A DNA stretch of 64,000 nucleotides from NCBI GenBank assembly GCA_964529175.1, contig CAZGVO010000012.1, forward strand, positions 12,757-76,756, read 5' to 3'. The notes beneath the pieces were generated by a model that had not been told where the DNA came from, ran no database searches, and was given only the letters and a program-made list of their open reading frames with translations. The DNA is from an uncultured Bifidobacterium sp. Lineage in GTDB: Bacteria; Bacteroidota; Bacteroidia; UKL13-3. The position numbers and the translations under genes are program-made. Shown here piece after piece: positions 1 to 9,952 of this stretch. Every line of letters starts with the position of its first letter. The stretch's first letter is position 1.

Positions 1-1234
1 TTTTTGTAAAAACAGTATTTTTCGATTTGTTAAGTGCAATTGTTGCATCTAAATAAACTACTTGCATATCGTAGGCAATATTCCCTTTGTTAGTATTTGC
101 TTCAATATCTAAATAATAATTAGCTTCGTTTATATTATTGGTAATGCTAACACCATTTTGTAATAAATAACTTTTTATAGCATTGGCTAAAAACTGTTCT
201 TTGGTTTTTACATTAAATGCTTTTTCGTTCGATTTAATAAATACAAATAAACTTTCACTTTCTATTTCAATAGTGGTTTCACAATTTGTTTTTTTATATA
301 AATCAATAGCCAATAAGTTATTCGATTTAATGTACTCGTTAAACAAATCCTCCTTATCAATACTTATTTTAAAACTATATACTTTACTTTTGGTTCCAAA
401 ACTGTTTATTTTAAAATTTAAATTTCCATTTTCGTTAACCAATTTATTGGTGGTTTCTATATTGGCTTGGCCGCTAACTACTTTTATGGAGAAAGGAAAA
501 TTGGCAATGGGTTTTAAATTTTGTTTGTTTTGAATATTTAAGCTTAATATGTAATTGTTTAGTTGATAAGGTTTTAGCTTAATGTGTTGGCTTGGTGCTT
601 TTATGTTAATTTGAGCATAAAAATCACTTACATTTTTATAAGCTTCTTGATACAGTGCATTTATTTGCTGCTTTAGTTCTAAATCGTATTCAAAGTACAA
701 ATAGTTTTGAATTTGATTGGTAGCCATAAAATAATAGTTTAAACCTTGTTTGTAATTAGCTCCATTAAAACTTTCCATTCCTAGCATTACATAGTTTTTG
801 GCAATTTGTAACGCTGAATTTGCTTTATCCTTTTTTGCTTGATAGTATGCCTTTTTACTTAGTCTGTAGTAAACCCAATATTGGTGTTTATCTTGCCAAC
901 TATCAACTAACTCATAGCCTTCTAATTCTTTAATGGTTTCGGTGGTTACCGAACTTATATAGCTTTGTTTTACCTTTTGATTTATTTCAATGGTTTGTAA
1001 CGAAGTTTGGCCAATTATTTTTACTGTAATTTCATTAGCCAAACTTTGTAGAGCTTTACTTTTTGCAGCTTCCATATAATTATCAAGTTTTTTATCGGCA
1101 TAGGCTATGCCAATAAAATAATCTGAATTAAGAGGATATTTTGTTATCCATTCAGGTCTTTCAGTTTGGGCTTGTGTATCTATTTTAAGTAAAGCCCAAC
1201 ATACAACTAAAAAATACTTGATAATGGTTTTCAT
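1..1234 (-). CDS. LPP20-family lipoprotein (partial; C-terminus lies off the window start)
   Basis: Manual reverse-complement translation from the ATG at ~1232-1234 gives an uninterrupted frame to position 1. N-terminus MKTIIKYFLVVCWALL has a signal peptide followed by the LPP20-like motif PEWITKYPL..YFIGIAYADKK...AAKSKALQSLANEI. Not in the ORF track because it runs off the window. Confidence 0.5.
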   Translation of the reverse strand, partial: MKTIIKYFLVVCWALLKIDTQAQTERPEWITKYPLNSDYFIGIAYADKKLDNYMEAAKSKALQSLANEITVKIIGQTSLQTIEINQKVKQSYISSVTTETIKELEGYELVDSWQDKHQYWVYYRLSKKAYYQAKKDKANSALQIAKNYVMLGMESFNGANYKQGLNYYFMATNQIQNYLYFEYDLELKQQINALYQEAYKNVSDFYAQINIKAPSQHIKLKPYQLNNYILSLNIQNKQNLKPIANFPFSIKVVSGQANIETTNKLVNENGNLNFKINSFGTKSKVYSFKISIDKEDLFNEYIKSNNLLAIDLYKKTNCETTIEIESESLFVFIKSNEKAFNVKTKEQFLANAIKSYLLQNGVSITNNINEANYYLDIEANTNKGNIAYDMQVVYLDATIALNKSKNTVFTK

Positions 1235-1238
1235 GGTA

Positions 1239-2153
1239 CTATTTTTTTCTACTATCAATTTCAGCTTTTATTTCAGCAGCTTTTTTAAAGTCTTTTTTCT
1301 CAACTGCATTTTTCTTTAGTAATTCTAATTCTTCAATGCTAAAACTGGCATAATTACTAGTTGCAGGAGCAGCATTTTGTTTGGTTGGTTCGTAATTAAA
1401 ATTATTTACGCTTGGGCTGTATTTGTCGAAAAAAGCACTGGTAGCTTTTGAGATACCACTTTGAAATGCAGTTTTCCAATTTACAGTTGGATTGGTTGGC
1501 GCACTAATATCTCTAAGAAACAGACATAAATTCCCAATAAGTGTGATGGTTGTTGCAGTTTGTATTGCATCTGCATTTCCAGATGAAATTAAAGGAGGAA
1601 ATACTGACATAATTGTATAAGCACCTGGTGCACTGGTAGCTGTTTGAAAAGTTCCTTCGAAGTCAATTCTTGCTATGAAATCGTTTTGAGGAGCGTAATA
1701 AAACTGTAATGAACCAATGCTAAGGTATTTATGAGTATTTTCAGTAAAACCACTTTGCATATTGTATGAAGTTCCATAGTAAGGTATAACCACTAGCTCT
1801 GCATTAATTTCGTTGGCAAAATCAGCATATTTATCGCGTGAGCTTTTGGTGTCTTCCAATGGTAAGCCCGAGCGGGTAAATAAATTTACTGTGGTATTGT
1901 AATCAATAACTCTAAAACCTTTGGCTGTAAAATTATTAGCTATTAATTGCCAATTGTAATTTCTCCAATATTCAGGGTCTTGCATGGTAATGGGCATTCT
2001 ATTTGGAATAATTGCCACTGTGCGCATTTTAACTTTTTCTGCCGAAATACTTTGTTCAGAATAAAGTCTTGCTGTAGAAGTGGTGCTTGAGCATGAACTT
2101 ATAGCCACAATTATAATTGCAGCTAACCAAAGGGTGTAAAATTTAATTTTCAT
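1239..2153 (-). CDS. lipoprotein (possibly DUF799/FlgO-like) with a C-terminal UVR-like helix
   Basis: Signal peptide plus lipobox (ISSCSS). C-terminus ELLKKNAVEKKDFKKAAEIKAEID resembles the UvrB/UvrC motif. 4-bp gap to the LPP20-like gene. Confidence 0.45.
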   Translation of the reverse strand: MKIKFYTLWLAAIIIVAISSCSSTTSTARLYSEQSISAEKVKMRTVAIIPNRMPITMQDPEYWRNYNWQLIANNFTAKGFRVIDYNTTVNLFTRSGLPLEDTKSSRDKYADFANEINAELVVIPYYGTSYNMQSGFTENTHKYLSIGSLQFYYAPQNDFIARIDFEGTFQTATSAPGAYTIMSVFPPLISSGNADAIQTATTITLIGNLCLFLRDISAPTNPTVNWKTAFQSGISKATSAFFDKYSPSVNNFNYEPTKQNAAPATSNYASFSIEELELLKKNAVEKKDFKKAAEIKAEIDSRKK

Positions 2154-2164
2154 ATATATTTAGT

Positions 2165-3238
2165 TTATGGTTTTTTAAGTTTGTTTATTTCCTTTTGAAT
2201 TTCATCTGCTTTCTTGTAATCTTCAGCATCCATAGCTTTTTTAAGGTCTTCTTCCAAATCTTTTATCGATTTTTTAGCTGGTTGTTTGCTGCTATTATCT
2301 GGTGTGGTTTTATCTTTTTTCTGGCCTGCTCTTTTATCTAATTCTTTTTGTAAAGCCTCCGCTTTAGTATAATCTTCAGCTTTTAAAGCAGCCTCTAACT
2401 GTTTCTTTAATTCTTCGGTACTTAGTTTGGTATATTTATTTTGCTCAGTTCTTTTGGTTATTTCGGCTTGTATATCGTTTGCTTCACTGTATTTTTCTGA
2501 TGCAGTAGCTTGGTCTAAAAGTTTTTTAAGTTCTTCATCATTGTATTTAGCGTAGTCGGTTTTTACTATTGGAGGGGCTTCTTTTGTCTGGTAATTGCCC
2601 TCGGCAGGCGGTAAGTTGTAATTTGGCACATTTTTGTAAGAAGTTTCAGCATTCTGTTTTTGTTCTCCAAAATGATAGCTCAAGCTTAAGGAAGGTAACA
2701 TCCATAAGGGGTTGTAATCTCCGTCAATTACTTCTAATAAAAAAAATACATCTAAGTGTTGAACCAATCCTATGTCAAATCCATTTTTAAATTCGTATCC
2801 CCCACCAAGTGCTAAGCCAGGCAGAATAGGTGTTTCTTCAAATTCATCCTTGTTGGATCCTGTTGGTAAGTTTACATACGGCCCAAATTTTAAATACCCA
2901 TTTTCAGGTTTATATCTAAACAACCCAGAAAGTCCCAAAATACTAAGGTTTTCGTCCCCTTCATCATAACTCATTTTTCCGAAATGAATACCTGGTCCAA
3001 AACTTAGGCTATTCGATAAGTTTAATCTATAACTCGCTCCTATCCAAGAGCGTGCATCACCGATATTAATTTGAAATGGTTTTTGACCTTTATTTAAACT
3101 TATAGGTTTATTTGTACTTGTAGTATTATTTTTTGGCTCTTGCTTGGTCTCAGTTTTTTTATAAAATAAATCTGAATTTTGAGCTAATAAACTATTAGAC
3201 GCTAGAAGGATTGATAAGATGGTAGTTTTTAGTTTCAT
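2165..3238 (-). CDS. outer-membrane beta-barrel protein with three C-terminal UVR-like repeats
   Basis: Signal peptide, alternating amphipathic beta-strand region (…GLALGGGYEF…LSLSYHF). Three copies of a ~30-aa unit (S/T)xEELKKxLxxAxxAEDYxKAxxIQKEIxK. Confidence 0.5.
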   Translation of the reverse strand: MKLKTTILSILLASNSLLAQNSDLFYKKTETKQEPKNNTTSTNKPISLNKGQKPFQINIGDARSWIGASYRLNLSNSLSFGPGIHFGKMSYDEGDENLSILGLSGLFRYKPENGYLKFGPYVNLPTGSNKDEFEETPILPGLALGGGYEFKNGFDIGLVQHLDVFFLLEVIDGDYNPLWMLPSLSLSYHFGEQKQNAETSYKNVPNYNLPPAEGNYQTKEAPPIVKTDYAKYNDEELKKLLDQATASEKYSEANDIQAEITKRTEQNKYTKLSTEELKKQLEAALKAEDYTKAEALQKELDKRAGQKKDKTTPDNSSKQPAKKSIKDLEEDLKKAMDAEDYKKADEIQKEINKLKKP

Positions 3239-3245
3239 TTTTATT

Positions 3246-4664
3246 TTAGTTACACTTGTTTAAATATTTTTGAATTTGATCGTAGTCATCTACGCTGGTT
3301 TCTGTACGCATGTAAATGGTTAAATGCATTTTTCCATCCCTACATTTTTTATTGTTTACCAGTAATTTGCCCAATTCTCGGTGTAAATAAGGGTAAGTGT
3401 TATTGTATTTTAAACCATCGTTTAGCAAAACTTCTGCTAGTTCGGTTTTGTTTAAATTGGCCTGATAAGTGCCCATAACATAATATGGCAAATACATAGC
3501 TGGCCAAAGTTGATTAACTTGTTTGGCTAGGTCGGCAGTGGTTTTACTAACTCCGTAATCAAAAAATGATTTATAAAATTGAGCAAATACATACACATCG
3601 TTGCTCGAAAATTGAGCAGAACTTATGCCTTGCATACCACCTAAAACAGTTTGCAATAATTTTTCAACTTGAGGAATTTTAGGGGTATAAATTAACGCAT
3701 TAATACAAGCCTCAATAGCAGCATGGTTGTTAAGTGCCGATGCTTGAGTTTTTGCTATTCCATACCAAACCCTGGCATCTTCAGGATATTTATTTGATAA
3801 AAAAGTAAGTAAATCCAATGCTTTAGTGTCGTCATTATTTATCATTAAATAATTGGCGTTTAAAAGCATAATATCTAAATCAGCACTGTTAAGTTTTTTT
3901 GCAATTTTTATGGCAGCCTCAGCTTCCTCATTATTTTCCAATTGTAACAAAAACTGTGCTTTGTAATAATAGGCCAAATAAAGTTTTGGCGATGTTTCTA
4001 TTATTTCATCGCAGTAGTTTATTCCATTTTGATATTCAGCTTTTTTTCTTGCTCTAGCAGGGTCAAGGCCAAATATTGGAAAGGTTTTAGCCAATGCTTT
4101 TACCTTATCAAGCTTATTATAAACCTGAATTGGAATATCCGATAAATCTGCCTTTGGATTATTGGAGGCTTGTAAAAGGCTATTGCCAATATTGAACGAT
4201 GCTGTAATTTTTTTAGCTAATTCGCTTTGTAGGTTAAAAAGGTTATTTAAACTTCCATTTACTGAATTACTGCTAATTACTTGTCCTGTAGTTACACTTA
4301 CTGTTCTTGTACTTATTTTTACAGTTTCGTTAAGTGCTGTAATTGAGCCAAATACAAAATACTGGACACCCAAAAGTCTTCCAGTTTCTATGGCTGTTTT
4401 TTCGTCAACCAAACCTGAGTTTTGAAGTTTTACCTCCTCAATAATTTTGTTTAAATATTCACGTTCAACTACTCTAACAGTGTGGTCGTTAGTAAGTATT
4501 TCAAAAATAGCTTCAGTACAACTAGCCCCTAAAAAGTCTTTTTCGCTTCCACCGCCAAGTGTTTTAAAATTGGCAATTGCCACAGTTATTGGTGCTGATG
4601 CAAAAGCATTTACAGAAAAAAGTAGTAGGCTTGAAATATAAATTTTTAGTAAAGTGTATTTCAT
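3246..4664 (-). CDS. CsgG-like secretion-channel domain protein fused to TPR repeats
   Basis: N-terminus ITVAIANFKTLGG..LGASCTEAIFEIL..VVEREYLNKIIEEVKLQNSGLV..LGVQYFVFGSI matches the CsgG/HfaB-family pattern. C-terminal half is helical repeat-rich (TPR-like). First gene of a four-gene minus-strand operon. Confidence 0.5.
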   Translation of the reverse strand: MKYTLLKIYISSLLLFSVNAFASAPITVAIANFKTLGGGSEKDFLGASCTEAIFEILTNDHTVRVVEREYLNKIIEEVKLQNSGLVDEKTAIETGRLLGVQYFVFGSITALNETVKISTRTVSVTTGQVISSNSVNGSLNNLFNLQSELAKKITASFNIGNSLLQASNNPKADLSDIPIQVYNKLDKVKALAKTFPIFGLDPARARKKAEYQNGINYCDEIIETSPKLYLAYYYKAQFLLQLENNEEAEAAIKIAKKLNSADLDIMLLNANYLMINNDDTKALDLLTFLSNKYPEDARVWYGIAKTQASALNNHAAIEACINALIYTPKIPQVEKLLQTVLGGMQGISSAQFSSNDVYVFAQFYKSFFDYGVSKTTADLAKQVNQLWPAMYLPYYVMGTYQANLNKTELAEVLLNDGLKYNNTYPYLHRELGKLLVNNKKCRDGKMHLTIYMRTETSVDDYDQIQKYLNKCN

Positions 4665-4806
4665 GGGTAAATATTTTAATATTTACCGCAAGTAAGCACA
4701 ATTTAAAAGTATATCCTATACCTATAAGTAGGTATTTTGCATTAATTTTTTGTTAAATATCTGATTGGTAGGTTATTATGTTTAGCTTGTTTTTCTAGTA
4801 GCTTGG

Positions 4807-5583
4807 TTACCAAGTTAGTTTCTCTTTATTTAAAAATGCGTTGATACCTTTTTTGCAATCGTTGGTTTGGCGTGCATAAGCATTCATTTCTGCAGCGTAG
4901 TTTAGTGCATCAATTAAGCTTCTATTTTGTACTTCGTCAATCATTTGTTTTGTTAATGCCAAACTTTGTCCTGACGCGCCTTTGCAAAGTTTTTGTGCAA
5001 AATTGAACACATGTTCTTCTATTTCTTCAAAGTTTACCACTTCGTTTATCAACTGAAAGTTTTTTGCTTGTTCTGCAGTTAAAATTTCGGCTGTCAGTAA
5101 AATGCGTTTAGCTGTTTGTTCGCCTACTTTGCGCAATAAAAATACCATTACTATAGCGGGCACAAAACCAATTTTTACTTCGGTGTAAGCAAATTTACTA
5201 TCAGTTGTAGCAAAACAAAAATCGCAAATGGTAGCTAAACCGCAGCCGCCAGCCAAAGCAGCACCTTCTACTTGCGCTATCACTACTTTTCTCGATTGGT
5301 AAATCATGGCAAAAAGTTCCATTAAGTTTTTACTATCGGCTAAGTTTTCATCGTAAGTATTGTTTTGCATGGTTTGCAAACTACTTAAGTCAGCTCCGCT
5401 ACAAAAAGCCTCTCCATTTCCTTTAAATACTATAACCTTGCAGTTTTCATCGCTTTCAGCTTGCACAAATACACGTTTTATTTGTTGCACAAAATCAAAA
5501 CTTAATGCATTGCGTTTTTCTGGTCGGTTTAAGGTTATATAACCTACACGTTCTTTTACATGGTATAATACTAAATCGTTCAT
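4807..5583 (-). CDS. enoyl-CoA hydratase/isomerase (crotonase family)
   Basis: Crotonase fold motifs NRPEKRNAL, FKGNGEAFCSGADL, AQVEGAALAGGCGLA. Confidence 0.8.
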   Translation of the reverse strand: MNDLVLYHVKERVGYITLNRPEKRNALSFDFVQQIKRVFVQAESDENCKVIVFKGNGEAFCSGADLSSLQTMQNNTYDENLADSKNLMELFAMIYQSRKVVIAQVEGAALAGGCGLATICDFCFATTDSKFAYTEVKIGFVPAIVMVFLLRKVGEQTAKRILLTAEILTAEQAKNFQLINEVVNFEEIEEHVFNFAQKLCKGASGQSLALTKQMIDEVQNRSLIDALNYAAEMNAYARQTNDCKKGINAFLNKEKLTW

Positions 5584-5598
5584 GGTTTTTGGATTGGT

Positions 5599-7650
5599 TT
5601 ATGGTTCAATATTAATGGTAATTGCACCATTTTCAAGCACATTATTAGCTAAAATATTTTTTGTTTTTAAAAATTTTGCAATGCTTTGAGATTGAAGATT
5701 ATTTAATTTAGAGCTTATAACAATAGGTGTGTTACTTGCTAGTAAATTGGTGTCAATATAAATTTTTTCAGTTAAAATATTGGTATAATTGGGCAGTATT
5801 TTGTTACCAATATTTATATTGAGGTGATTAATTTTTACTTGTAAATTTTGGTTAAAATTAATGGTATCAACCTTGGTTATGCCGCTTGCCCAAATATGTT
5901 GTTGTAAATGAAAGTGAAATTTATCGGGATTATGCAGCAAGCTACTATCAGCTATAATGGTGCTTTGGGTGCCGTTTACTATTTGCATAGCCAAAGTTTT
6001 ATTGATATTATAAATGGTAACAAACTTTTGGTTTTCTATTTTAAAATCTTCGTAAGCATTTACTACAAAAACCATTATAAAAAAGAATAAAGCATTTTTA
6101 GCTAAATACTGTTTGCGTGTAATAAAATAATTGCATGTGTATGCTACCGCAATAAAAATGAGAATGGTTTCTATTTCGGTAATTTGAATACCTGTGATAT
6201 ACGAAAATGGCAACTTTTCGAGCCAAAGCACAATGATATTGGTAAAATAAATGAGCCATTTTACTACAAAACCAAAACATAAAGCCAAGTAGCTAAAAAT
6301 TGGAATCAGTTGCGCTAAACCTGCAGCAAATATCATGGCTATGGCTACAAAAATAATTACAGTAGTTAAAGGAATAATGAGCAAATTACTGGCTAAAAAG
6401 TAAACCGGAAACTGATGGAAATACAATAAACCCAGAGGAAAAGTAGCCAATTGTGCAGCTATAGAAACCGAAATAATATTCCAAATTTCATTGCTTATCC
6501 AATATTTAAAAGTAAACCATTGTTTAAAATATTTTTGAATACTTACTATGCCAAAAACGGCTAAAAAACTCAATTGAAAACCAACACTTGCCAGCATATT
6601 GCTATCAAACAAAAGCAACGTGAAAGCCGATGCCGCCAAAGTATTATAAATATTTGGCTTATTTTTTACCATGTTGCCAAGGGCAACAAAACTAAACATA
6701 ACACTGGCACGTAAAATAGAAGGCGAAAGTCCGCAAAGCAGGGAGTAAGCCCAAATAATTAATAGGGAGATAATGGCTTTTATAATGCGTTGGTATTTCT
6801 TTTTATCAAAATATTTGAGCACCAAATTAATGAGCCAAAATATTAAACCAACATGCATTCCACTAACAGCCAAAACGTGTAATGTTCCTGTGTTGGAATA
6901 AGCCCTCACTAATTCAGGGTCAATATCATCATCGTAACCATAAAGTAGTGCTTTAGATATGGCAATTTCTGAACTGCTTTTTACATAAGTAAGCAGCGTT
7001 TGGTTAAAAAAAGCTTGTGCTTGGTAAGCTATTTTCCATAATATATTTTCACCATTTTCATCAATAACAATAAAGTTTTTGGCGGTTAAATAAGCTTGCC
7101 TGTATATTTGATTAAAAGCCAAATAGCGCTTATAGTTAAACTCATAGGGGTTTTGTGGTCCTTTAATTTCCTGGCTTGTATTTTTTATCAATAGCCTACT
7201 GCCATAGCTAAGTTTAACAAGCAAGCTAGAATCTTTTTCAAAATATAGCATTACATAACCATCAACTTGGGTGGTTGAGTTAGGATTTACAGCTTGCAAA
7301 ACCTCAGCTTTACATTTAATAGAGTTTTTTCTAAGTAGGGGAGGTTCGGTTAAAGTTACTACCAAATATTGGCTTTGGTAATTGGTAAAATGCTGTTGGT
7401 AGTTTAAATGGTTATGGCTGTTATGCAAAACCACACCAGCAAAACCAAAAACTAGATTTGAAAAAATGCCAAACAGTTTATTGAAAGATTTAAAAAATTT
7501 CCAAAGTATAAAAATACATAAACAGCTTGTTAATAAAACAATTATGCCAGCATTAAGCGGCATAGGAAAAAACATGTTTATACCAACACCAATAGCCATT
7601 GGAATAACAATGCGTACAAACGGTATTTGATGCCAATAACCTGCTAACAC
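5599..7650 (-). CDS. comEC: ComEC/Rec2 family competence membrane protein
   Basis: Polytopic membrane protein with the competence-domain signature TGTLHVLAVSGMHVGLI; DUF4131-like N-terminus. Confidence 0.8.
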   Translation of the reverse strand: MLAGYWHQIPFVRIVIPMAIGVGINMFFPMPLNAGIIVLLTSCLCIFILWKFFKSFNKLFGIFSNLVFGFAGVVLHNSHNHLNYQQHFTNYQSQYLVVTLTEPPLLRKNSIKCKAEVLQAVNPNSTTQVDGYVMLYFEKDSSLLVKLSYGSRLLIKNTSQEIKGPQNPYEFNYKRYLAFNQIYRQAYLTAKNFIVIDENGENILWKIAYQAQAFFNQTLLTYVKSSSEIAISKALLYGYDDDIDPELVRAYSNTGTLHVLAVSGMHVGLIFWLINLVLKYFDKKKYQRIIKAIISLLIIWAYSLLCGLSPSILRASVMFSFVALGNMVKNKPNIYNTLAASAFTLLLFDSNMLASVGFQLSFLAVFGIVSIQKYFKQWFTFKYWISNEIWNIISVSIAAQLATFPLGLLYFHQFPVYFLASNLLIIPLTTVIIFVAIAMIFAAGLAQLIPIFSYLALCFGFVVKWLIYFTNIIVLWLEKLPFSYITGIQITEIETILIFIAVAYTCNYFITRKQYLAKNALFFFIMVFVVNAYEDFKIENQKFVTIYNINKTLAMQIVNGTQSTIIADSSLLHNPDKFHFHLQQHIWASGITKVDTINFNQNLQVKINHLNINIGNKILPNYTNILTEKIYIDTNLLASNTPIVISSKLNNLQSQSIAKFLKTKNILANNVLENGAITINIEP

Positions 7651-7745
7651 AAAAACAAATTAAATAAAAATGAATAAATATAACATACAAATAACTAAAA
7701 AAGTGTATAAAACTGTTTATTAATCAAATCAATATAGCTGTTTGA

Positions 7746-8237
7746 ATGTTATATAATTGCATAAACAAAGAAACAAATATGGCTTACAATTACTTATTAC
7801 TTATTCACAGTTGGTTGCGTTGGGCTTTTTTAATAGCCGCTCTATATGCAATAGTTCGCTCATTAAATGGAAAATTGGGAAACAAACCATTTACCAAAGA
7901 TGATATTACTGCTGCAAAAATTTTAATAGCACTTAGTCATACTATGTTGCTTTTGGGCTTAATACTTTGGTTTGTGAGTCCTAATGTGCAAAATGCGTTG
8001 GCTCAAGGTGCTGGTGTGTTTATGAAAGATAAATATATGCGATTAATAGTATTAGAACATCCTTTAACCAATATTATAGCTGTGGCTTTAATTCAAATTG
8101 GTAGGATAAAAAGCAAGAAAGCTTACGAAGATGCAGTTAAACACAACCGTAGTTTAATTTATTATGGTTTGGGTTTATTGTTAATTTTATCGCGTATTCC
8201 GTGGGGCACATCGCCACTGTTTAGAGGAATGGAATAA
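7746..8237 (+). CDS. hypothetical small membrane protein
   Basis: Three to four hydrophobic helices; likely start at MAYNYLL (~7779). Followed by a clean terminator. Confidence 0.4.
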   Translation: MLYNCINKETNMAYNYLLLIHSWLRWAFLIAALYAIVRSLNGKLGNKPFTKDDITAAKILIALSHTMLLLGLILWFVSPNVQNALAQGAGVFMKDKYMRLIVLEHPLTNIIAVALIQIGRIKSKKAYEDAVKHNRSLIYYGLGLLLILSRIPWGTSPLFRGME

Positions 8238-8255
8238 TTTTTACAAATACAAAAA

Positions 8256-8289
8256 AGGGAGCATTTAAAATAAATGCTCCCTTTTTTTG
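8256..8289 (+). terminator. rho-independent terminator
   Basis: agggagcattt-aaaataa-aatgctccct followed by T7. Confidence 0.7.
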
Positions 8290-8469
8290 TGGAGGTAGGT
8301 TTTTGTATTCATACTAAACATTAAAGATACCTTTTAAGCGTAAATTGAAAGTAATATACAAATATTTAGTATATGTTTTTCCTCTTACCAAAGCGGTCGT
8401 TGTTATCACCGACCGCATACAAATAAGGCTAACTAAAGTGTAAAGACACCAACCACAATCTAACATAGA

Positions 8470-8946
8470 CTACTCAGGTAAATCATTGGGGTATTTTCCA
8501 AGTTGTAACCATTGACATATATGGATAGGAGCAAAAACGCCATCTATCCAAAATTTTTTATACTCATCAGTTAATTCACCTATTTTAATCCGATCAGGTG
8601 AACCACTTTGGAATATTTTCCAATTGTATGATTTTTTCAATTTGTGCGAATCTGGCGTACTCTTAAACATAGGTAGTTCAAAATTTTTTTCTAGAGGACA
8701 GTTCCCTATTTTACTCCAATATCCAAGTTCTACTCCTTGAGTTAACCTAGTATAGGCATAAAAAAGTATTTCTTCATTCATTATTTCGCATAGGTTGTTA
8801 TTTAAGTTTTTGGTTTTAAATGCTCTTATTAAATGCCCACCTAAATAACAGCTATCTTGAAAAATATATTGGATGTAACTTTTTGTGTTATCTTCTAAAT
8901 TAACTTCAAAAATATCTCCACTTTTAACCCTAATCTTCTTTAACAT
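8470..8946 (-). CDS. hypothetical protein (158 aa), no recognisable domain
   Basis: Complete ORF bounded by hairpins (8393-8414 downstream; 9130-9164 upstream). Cysteine- and Trp-containing soluble protein, no signal peptide. Confidence 0.4.
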   Translation of the reverse strand: MLKKIRVKSGDIFEVNLEDNTKSYIQYIFQDSCYLGGHLIRAFKTKNLNNNLCEIMNEEILFYAYTRLTQGVELGYWSKIGNCPLEKNFELPMFKSTPDSHKLKKSYNWKIFQSGSPDRIKIGELTDEYKKFWIDGVFAPIHICQWLQLGKYPNDLPE

Positions 8947-9308
8947 ATAGCAATTTAATATTTAACACCAAAAAAATCCCAAAATTTTCTATCAATGCTG
9001 TTTATCTTATTTACTAATTCTTCAATATCATGTTTAATAATTAAGTTTTGTTCCATAATTCTTGCTTCTAACCGAGTAAGTCCTGATTCTATTTCGTAAA
9101 ATTTTAACCCTTTAAACTCAATTCCCCGCTCTCGCAAGTGTTAAGCGCAGCGACACTTGCGAGACGATGTAAAATAAGTTTGTAACTTATTTCTACGCTG
9201 ATTCAAATATGCTGTCATGCTAATCTAAATTTAACAACATTGATTTTTCGCATTACAAATGCTTATAATAATAAGTGCGATTTACAAAATCGCACTGGCT
9301 AGCTATGG

Positions 9309-9950
9309 CTATTTTGCTCTTATCACTTTATTGTCCGTTACCAAGTAAATGGCTGTGGCGGGTTTGTTATCTAAAATTTTTAAACCTGTAAAATCACTAA
9401 ACGCGGGCAGTACTGCAAAGTGTTCTGCAAAATAAAAGCATGGTAAACTTAAGTTTTGTTTGGCTTTGCCTTTAAGCCTAACTCCTGGATGCAAATGCCC
9501 ATAAATATTATAAAAATCGGCCTTAGGTGTTGGTTCGTGAGTAAAAATAAAAGTATCTTCAATCCATTCAGCAATAACCTGAATGCCCATTTTTTCAAAA
9601 TAAGTTTGTTTAATAATATCGTGATTGCCTTTTATTAGCACAAATTTTACTGAGCTGTTTGCTTTTATAATTTCATGTAAATCAAGCACTTCTGAATTGT
9701 ATTCAGAGTGGAATAAATCGCCCAAAAAATAAACTTGAGTTGGTTTTAGTGCAGCAAGTAATGCGTTAAATTTATCAAAATCGTTGGTGGCAATGCTTTG
9801 GCTTAGCGCAATGCCATTTTTTCTAAAATGAGTGGCTTTGCCAAAATGCAAATCACCAAGAATAAGCGTTTGTTTCTCCTCCCAAAATATGGCCTTTTGT
9901 GGCAATAACCTAAAGGTTTGGTTTAAAACAGAATGGATTACGCTATCCAA
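9309..9950 (-). CDS. calcineurin-like metallophosphoesterase (PdeM-like)
   Basis: Motifs LILGDLHFGK, YFLGDLFH, IKGNHD, GHLHPG; overlaps the lgt stop, so co-transcribed. Hairpin gtgcgattt-acaa-aatcgcac at ~9276-9296 downstream. Confidence 0.7.
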   Translation of the reverse strand: MDSVIHSVLNQTFRLLPQKAIFWEEKQTLILGDLHFGKATHFRKNGIALSQSIATNDFDKFNALLAALKPTQVYFLGDLFHSEYNSEVLDLHEIIKANSSVKFVLIKGNHDIIKQTYFEKMGIQVIAEWIEDTFIFTHEPTPKADFYNIYGHLHPGVRLKGKAKQNLSLPCFYFAEHFAVLPAFSDFTGLKILDNKPATAIYLVTDNKVIRAK

Positions 9951-9952
9951 AT

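Noticed and set aside
183-533. 116-aa + strand ORF
   Set aside because: Lies antisense inside the LPP20-like gene (1-1234, minus). Low-complexity translation typical of AT-rich antisense frames.
2569-2969. Two small + strand ORFs (73 and 65 aa)
   Set aside because: Antisense within the 2165-3238 beta-barrel gene; no motif.
4162-4641. Two + strand ORFs
   Set aside because: Antisense within the CsgG-like/TPR gene.
8955-9137. 60-aa minus-strand ORF
   Set aside because: It relies on a TTG start sitting inside a GC-rich hairpin, and the first ATG would give only 34 aa. Kept only as part of a finding, not as a feature.
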